The position numbers and the translations under genes are program-made. Positions 58,656-64,000 of a stretch of 64,000 bases of DNA are shown here, piece by piece. Below the pieces are notes generated by a model. The model was given only the letters and a program-made list of their open reading frames with translations, searched no databases and was not told the DNA's origin. The DNA lies in the NCBI RefSeq assembly GCF_963921235.1, contig NC_086097.1, positions 108,874,001 to 108,938,000 of the forward strand. Direction: 5' to 3'. This DNA comes from Mobula hypostoma (lineage: Eukaryota). Every line of letters starts with the position of its first letter. The first letter of the stretch is position 1.

Positions 58656-61092
58656 CTCTCCCTCCTGGCACTTATCCTTGCAAGTGAACTGCCCCTGCAC
58701 TTCACTACCTTTCAGGGCCCCAAACAGCCTTTCCAGGTGAGGCGACACTTCACCTGTGAGTTTGTTGGGGCTGTACAACTGTGTCCAATTCTCATGGTGT
58801 GGCCTCCTGTATATAGATGAGACCTGACATAGATTGGGAGGTCGCTTTGCCAAACAACTATGCTCTGTCCAACAAAAAAACTGGGACTTCCCAGAGGCCA
58901 CCCATTTCAATTCTACTTCCCAATCCCATTCCGATATGTCACTCCATGGCTTCCTCTACTGCTGTGATGAGGCCACACTGCTGTGATGAGCAACACATTA
59001 TATTCCATCTGGGTAGCCTCCAACCTGATGGCATGAACATCGATTTATCGATTTCTCAAACTTATGGTAATTGCCCCCCCCTTTCACCATTCCCCATTTC
59101 CATTTCGCTCTCTCACCTTATATCCTTACCAGCCAATTACCTCTTTCTGGTGCTCCTCCCCCTTTTCTTTCTCCCATGACATTCTGTCCTCTACTATAAG
59201 ATTCTCCCTTCTCCAGCCCTTTATCTCTTTCATCAATCAACCTCGCCACTCCCCTATCACTTACCACCTGGTACTTCTTCTGCCCCTCACTCCATCTTTT
59301 CTGAATTTGTATAATTTTTTTCCAGTTCTGAAGAAGGGTCTCAGCTTAAAATGTCGACTGTTAACACTTTTCCATAGATGCTGGCTAACTTGCTCCAGCA
59401 TCTTGTGTGTGTTGCTTTGACTTCAGGCATCTGCAGATTTTCTTTGCTTCCCCCCAACTTTCTGCTTTCCGCAGGGATCACTCCCTACGCTACTCCCTTG
59501 TCCATTCGTTCCCCCCCACTGATCTCCCTCCTGACCCTTATCCTTGCAAGTGGAACAAGCGCCCCTACACCTCCTACCATGCAGGGTCCTAAACAGCCCT
59601 TCCAGGTGAGGCAACACTTCCCATTCCCACTTGGGATCATATACTGTGTCCGGTCCTCATGGTGAGGCCTCCTGCATATGAGTGAGACCTGACATGGACT
59701 GGGAGACTGCTTTGCCGAGCAACTATGCTCTGTTCACCAGAAAAACTGGGACTCCCAGAGGCCACCCATTTCAATTTCACTTCACATTCCCATTCCGATA
59801 TGTCTTTCCATGGCCTCCTCCACTTTTGTGATGAGTCTATACTTGGGCTGGAGGAACACCACCTTATATTCTGTTTGGGTTGCTGTTACATACCTCACGG
59901 AGATCTTGTGACTGTCTTATGACCATAGTGTAATGCTTTTTTTTTGTTGGAGGTCATCTAATGTGATTTTCCCGCTGTTGGGAGGTCACATGATGATCTG
60001 TTCTCCACAGGTATATAAAAGTGAGACCCCTTGAGTGAGGCAGTTAGTTTTCCAGTTAGAACGTTAGCCAGAGACTCCGCTCTGTTGTGTGTGTTTTTTT
60101 TATGACGCAGTTTCAATTTAAAACGGAGTTCTACATTCTATTGTAAGGTACAACAGTGCTGGACTGGCAATTTCTGCCAGATTTGTTGATGTACCTTTTC
60201 AGCAGTATTGGAGAGTGAAGACTTTATTGAAGTACAGGATCTGAAAGATTAAGAGAAGTTGGTAATGTTCGGCAGTTTAATAAAAGATCGACTTTATTGA
60301 GTCTTCGTCGAAGAAGTAGTGACCTGCATCGAAGATAACTCCTGCCAAAAGAGAAAGGAAGTTCATGCAAGGTTTGCTCTCTAGAAATAATGGTCAGTTG
60401 TTTTTAAGCCGTTTATTTCCTTCATCGTGAATCCTTTGGATAGAACCAGCAGGAAAGTCACATCTATGAAGAAATCCTTCTCCAGAGAAGTCTCTCCCAA
60501 TTGAATGTGTAAACTTTGAACTTACCATTTTAAGAACTGTATTTGACTTTACCACTTTAAGAACTGTTTTCTCATTTATCGCTTTAAGAACCAGTATCGA
60601 GTGGCGATTTGTTGAATGGCCACATAGCGGTTAACTTCCGGTTAGGTTTTCATTTGTTTTTTTTTATTGTTTATCCATGTTTAATAAATATTTGGTTGTT
60701 TTTATATAACCTGACTCGATTGATATTCATTGTTGCCGGTTACGTAATAGTAGCCTCCAACCTGATGGCATGAACATCGATTTCTCAAACTTCCAGTAAT
60801 GCCCCCCACCCTCCTCCTTCACCATTTCCCACTCCTTTTCCCTCTCTCACCTTATCTACTTGCCCACCCATCACATCCCTCTGGTGCTCTTCCCCCCTTT
60901 TCTTTCTTCCATGGCCTTCTGTCTCTTTCACCAATCAACTTCCTTCCCCCTCCAGGTTTCATCTATCACCTTGTGTTTCTCTCTCCCATCTCCCCACCTT
61001 TTAAATCTACTCCCTAGCTCTTTTCTCCAGTCCTGCTGAAGGGTTTCGGCCTGATACATCAACTGTACTCTTTTCTAGATGCTGCCTGGCCT
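58656..61092 (+). mobile_element. Two tandem Penelope 3' segments (GIY-YIG + pLTR), the second split by a solo LTR
   Basis: QGPKQPFQVR.HF occurs twice (about 58713 and 59582). pLTRs with decayed hammerheads at about 59323-59360 and 61028-61066. Confidence 0.8.
59884..60749 (+). mobile_element. Solo LTR
   Basis: Termini tgttac..gtaata (CA decayed), tatataaaa at 60012-60020, aataaa at 60683-60688 and TSD-like gttgc/gtagc. The Penelope host rejoins across it. Confidence 0.75.
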
Positions 61093-61498
61093 ATACCCCT
61101 CATAATTTTGAATACCTCTATCAAATCTCCTCTCAGTCTTCTACATTGCAAGGAATAAAGTCCTAACCTATTCAATCTTTCCTTATAGCTCTGGTCTTCC
61201 AGACCTAACAACATCCTTGTAAATTTTCTCTCTACTCTTTCAACCTAATTTACATCTTTCCTGTAGGTAGGTAACCAAAACGGAACAGAATACTCCAAAT
61301 TAGGCCTCACAAATGTCTTACACAACTTCACATAACATTCCTTTTCCTGTACTCAATACTTTGATTTATGAAGTTCAATATGCCAAAAGCTTTCTTTATG
61401 ACCCTATCTACCTGTGACACCACTTCCAATGAAATATGGACCTGTATTCCTATATCCCTTTGTTCTACCACACTCCTCAGTGCCCTACCATTCACTTT
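61093..61498 (-). mobile_element. Decayed CR1 fragment
   Basis: Antisense of a VRPNLEY.V.FW / GDLIEVFKIM-type CR1 region. Confidence 0.75.
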
Positions 61499-63335
61499 GA
61501 AAGGACCAAATTGTGGTGAGGATTAGGTCTAGACTGAGGCACTGGGGCTACCTGTTGCAGTCACCCAGGGGAGGAGACACTGAGGCAGTACTGCCCTCTG
61601 GTGTTCACTTGGTACAGCTCTCCAGTGTCTGTCAGTGGAAGAACAAGCTGAACCAGGATAATTTACCAACAATTTAATGATCCCATACAGGAACTTGGCT
61701 AAGTTATTTTTATGTCTCTTTGTGACTGCATGTTTTTTTTTCTGAAATTGTAACCATGCATGCTATTTGTGTTAAGTGCTATGTGTAGTGTGCTGTGTGC
61801 TGTTGGTAATATGCTTTGCACCTTGGTCCCAGTGGAACTTTGTTTCGTTTGGCTATGCTCATGTATGGCTGAATGATAATTAAACTTGAACTTAGTAAGA
61901 ATTTTATATGTTTCAGTGGCATCTCCTCTCATTCTTCTAAATTCTGGAGAATACAGGTCAAGTCTGCCACTCTGTCATTGTTCAGCAAACCAGTATACAG
62001 AGTCTCCATTGCATCACTTTTATGCTAAGTATTTTATTAGGTAACACTGAAACCATACACAACCTCCAGGTGCAGAATCCCCAAAGTTGTACGTAATTAG
62101 AGTAAGACATTCTTACTCAGACCTCTGATACATATTATTTGTTTTCATTATTGCTTGTGCATTGGCTTTTAGTAAGTTGCATACAGGGTCACCTAAGTCA
62201 CTTTAAACATCAACATTTTAACATTTATAAAAGAGTTCAGTTTTCCATTTTATGCATCATTTTGGGTGACTTCAGCTATTTTCCCTATTATATTTGATAT
62301 AATATTCTGTCTTACCCATTGATGCAGTTTCTCTATATCACCTTGAAACCTCTTTATATCAGCCTTCCTACCCAGAGCAGCATCTTATTTTGCACTAAGG
62401 TTGTGAATCTTCAGAATTCTTTGTCCAAGAGCACTACTGAGGTTCAGTTGCTGAAGGTATTCAAGGTTGAGTTAATCTTGGATATCAAAGTGATATTGAG
62501 TGTGTGGAGCAATCTCCTGCCAAGGTCAAAAATGAGACTTAACCTTATTTATGTGCTCTGGATGATTGTAACATATAAAAAGCTGGAGGAACTCAATGGG
62601 TCAGGTTACATTCATGGAAGGAAAGACAGAGATGACATTTCATATTTCATTTGGCCTGATGGAGATTGCAGTGGAGGGAAGGGGTGGGGCAATAGCCTGG
62701 AGGTGATAGGTGGATCCAGGTGAGTGGAATGATAGGCAGGTGGAGGAGGGGAGAGTGGGAGTCTGTTGCTCCAAATTCCAGTATATGCAGTTTCTTTTGA
62801 GTCTCTTGGATCTGGTACCCTACTAAACACTCAGAGAATACTGATGGAAATACACAATATGCTACTTAACTTCTGGTTTCCTAACATCCATTTGAATGCA
62901 GTAATTTCAAAATACCTTTAAAATGGATGTAAAATTGGAATTGTGAATTCTGGGATGTTTGAGAGCCAGGTTTTGTCTTTCTGGTACAAATGTTACTCAT
63001 TTTTTTTCAATATTTCCATGATTTCAAACCTGATGTAGAGCAGATGTAGAATAATATCGGGTAAAGCCGCGTTCACAGTTGCCAGTCTGAGAAGAGAAAT
63101 TAAAGAAAAGTACAACTATTAGCAATAATAATTCACGTTGTTCGCCTGCAAATTTTCACCGCAGCCCACCCAGAACAGCTGAAAAATTGGATGAAAATGC
63201 AACCCAGCAGTGAATTGTTGAAGAATTTAAAACTAATAACAAATTGCAGGTAAGTGTTTAAGTAGACTACACCACTTCATTGTGGATTTTTTTTTCCACG
63301 ATCAAACACATCGTTACCCCGGTGGGGCATGTAAG

Positions 63336-63338
<3 letters not shown>

Positions 63339-63369
<31 letters not shown>
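63339..63369. repeat. (GT)n microsatellite
   Basis: About 15 GT units, adjoining the 63370-63850 element. Confidence 0.95.
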
Positions 63370-63370
<1 letters not shown>

Positions 63371-63850
63371 CGATGGTTGTTCGTCGTAGCCGAAGATGAT
63401 TGAAATCTGTGCGGGAGAGTTTTTAAAGTGGAAAAGCCATTTCACTGGAGCAGTTCCACTCTCTCGGCCTCAGGAGTCCGGGTTCAGTGGTACGACTGGT
63501 CGCCACCACTGGGGTTCTTCCTTGGTCGTAGTGGATGATTTTGATTTCATTTGTGCCTTGTCATGCTCCTCGCTCTCCACGGAGCGTTGCAATGCCGCCT
63601 TCCTGGGCTTTGGATCTCACTGTAGATCTCATCCGCCCAGTCTGCTGGAGTTGGCTTTACCGGGGTGTGAAACCCACCAGCTACCCTCACCTGGTTCAGT
63701 GCACCTGTCGAAGCGGTGTATCGGAGTGTGGCCGCTGTCGCTAATTGGAGCCGTAGGTGAGAGCTGAGTGGCCGGCGGGAACCAAAGGCGAGTGAGCTGC
63801 CCCAAATTGGACACGGCAAGCTACCCCTCCCTGGACACCCCATATGCCCC
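63370..63850 (-). mobile_element. Short CpG-rich non-autonomous retroelement (RTE-type 5' UTR-like)
   Basis: GC/CpG-rich island with a sharp edge at 63850, a ribozyme-like fold at its 5' end and no recognisable ORF. Confidence 0.55.
63684..63841 (-). ncRNA. HDV-like (nested double pseudoknot) ribozyme fold
   Basis: Minus strand: P1 ggggugu/acacucc (63841-35, 63729-23), P2 cucucaccu/aggugaggg (63763-55, 63692-84), P3 ggc/gcc, L3 starting ucc, P4 uacacc/ggugca, and J4/2 cugaa with candidate catalytic C at 63699. Confidence 0.65.
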
Positions 63851-64000
63851 TATTATATTCAATAAAATAGGAACGGACGTGTGAATGTAGCCTTTACAGC
63901 TTCTGTGGTATGAAGTCCACGAATCAAAATCACATCGGTTTAGGTTCAGTACTGCCACCTGCTGCTGGCAAGAATAGTTGTCCGCTGTTCATACTTTCTC

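Noticed and set aside
63325..63850. TIR pair ggggcat / atgcccc suggesting a DNA transposon
   Set aside because: Only 7 bp and no TSD. The ribozyme-like fold favours a retroelement.

Overview
This is a eukaryotic, repeat-saturated vertebrate window. The mix of CR1, Penelope and V-SINE-like repeats suggests a cartilaginous fish, probably a ray (inference). No intact host gene is recognisable, and nearly all long ORFs are retroelement-derived or antisense shadows. Contents: many CR1 LINEs of several families (one 5'-truncated copy keeps an open APE-RT frame), a decayed endogenous retrovirus, a non-autonomous hAT element, a complete but frameshifted CsRn1-type Gypsy element (17599-21973), a Rex1-type LINE split by nested insertions that include a solo LTR holding a full-length RNase H-bearing Nimb/I-group LINE, a Gmr1-type SCAN-gag LTR element with one open 958-aa ORF lacking the RT and integrase catalytic cores (39247-44117), Penelope elements with minimal hammerhead motifs, and an HDV-like ribozyme fold near the right end. 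The most notable observation is an old Mag-type Gypsy element (44377-47663) whose RT-RNaseH-integrase region is replaced by an intronless fragment of the host splicing factor RBM25. The fragment is in the same orientation, is in frame behind the protease, and has no poly(A) tail or TSD, which looks like host-mRNA capture by an LTR retrotransposon. All family assignments come from motif recognition by eye, no database search was run, and boundaries of old elements are approximate.
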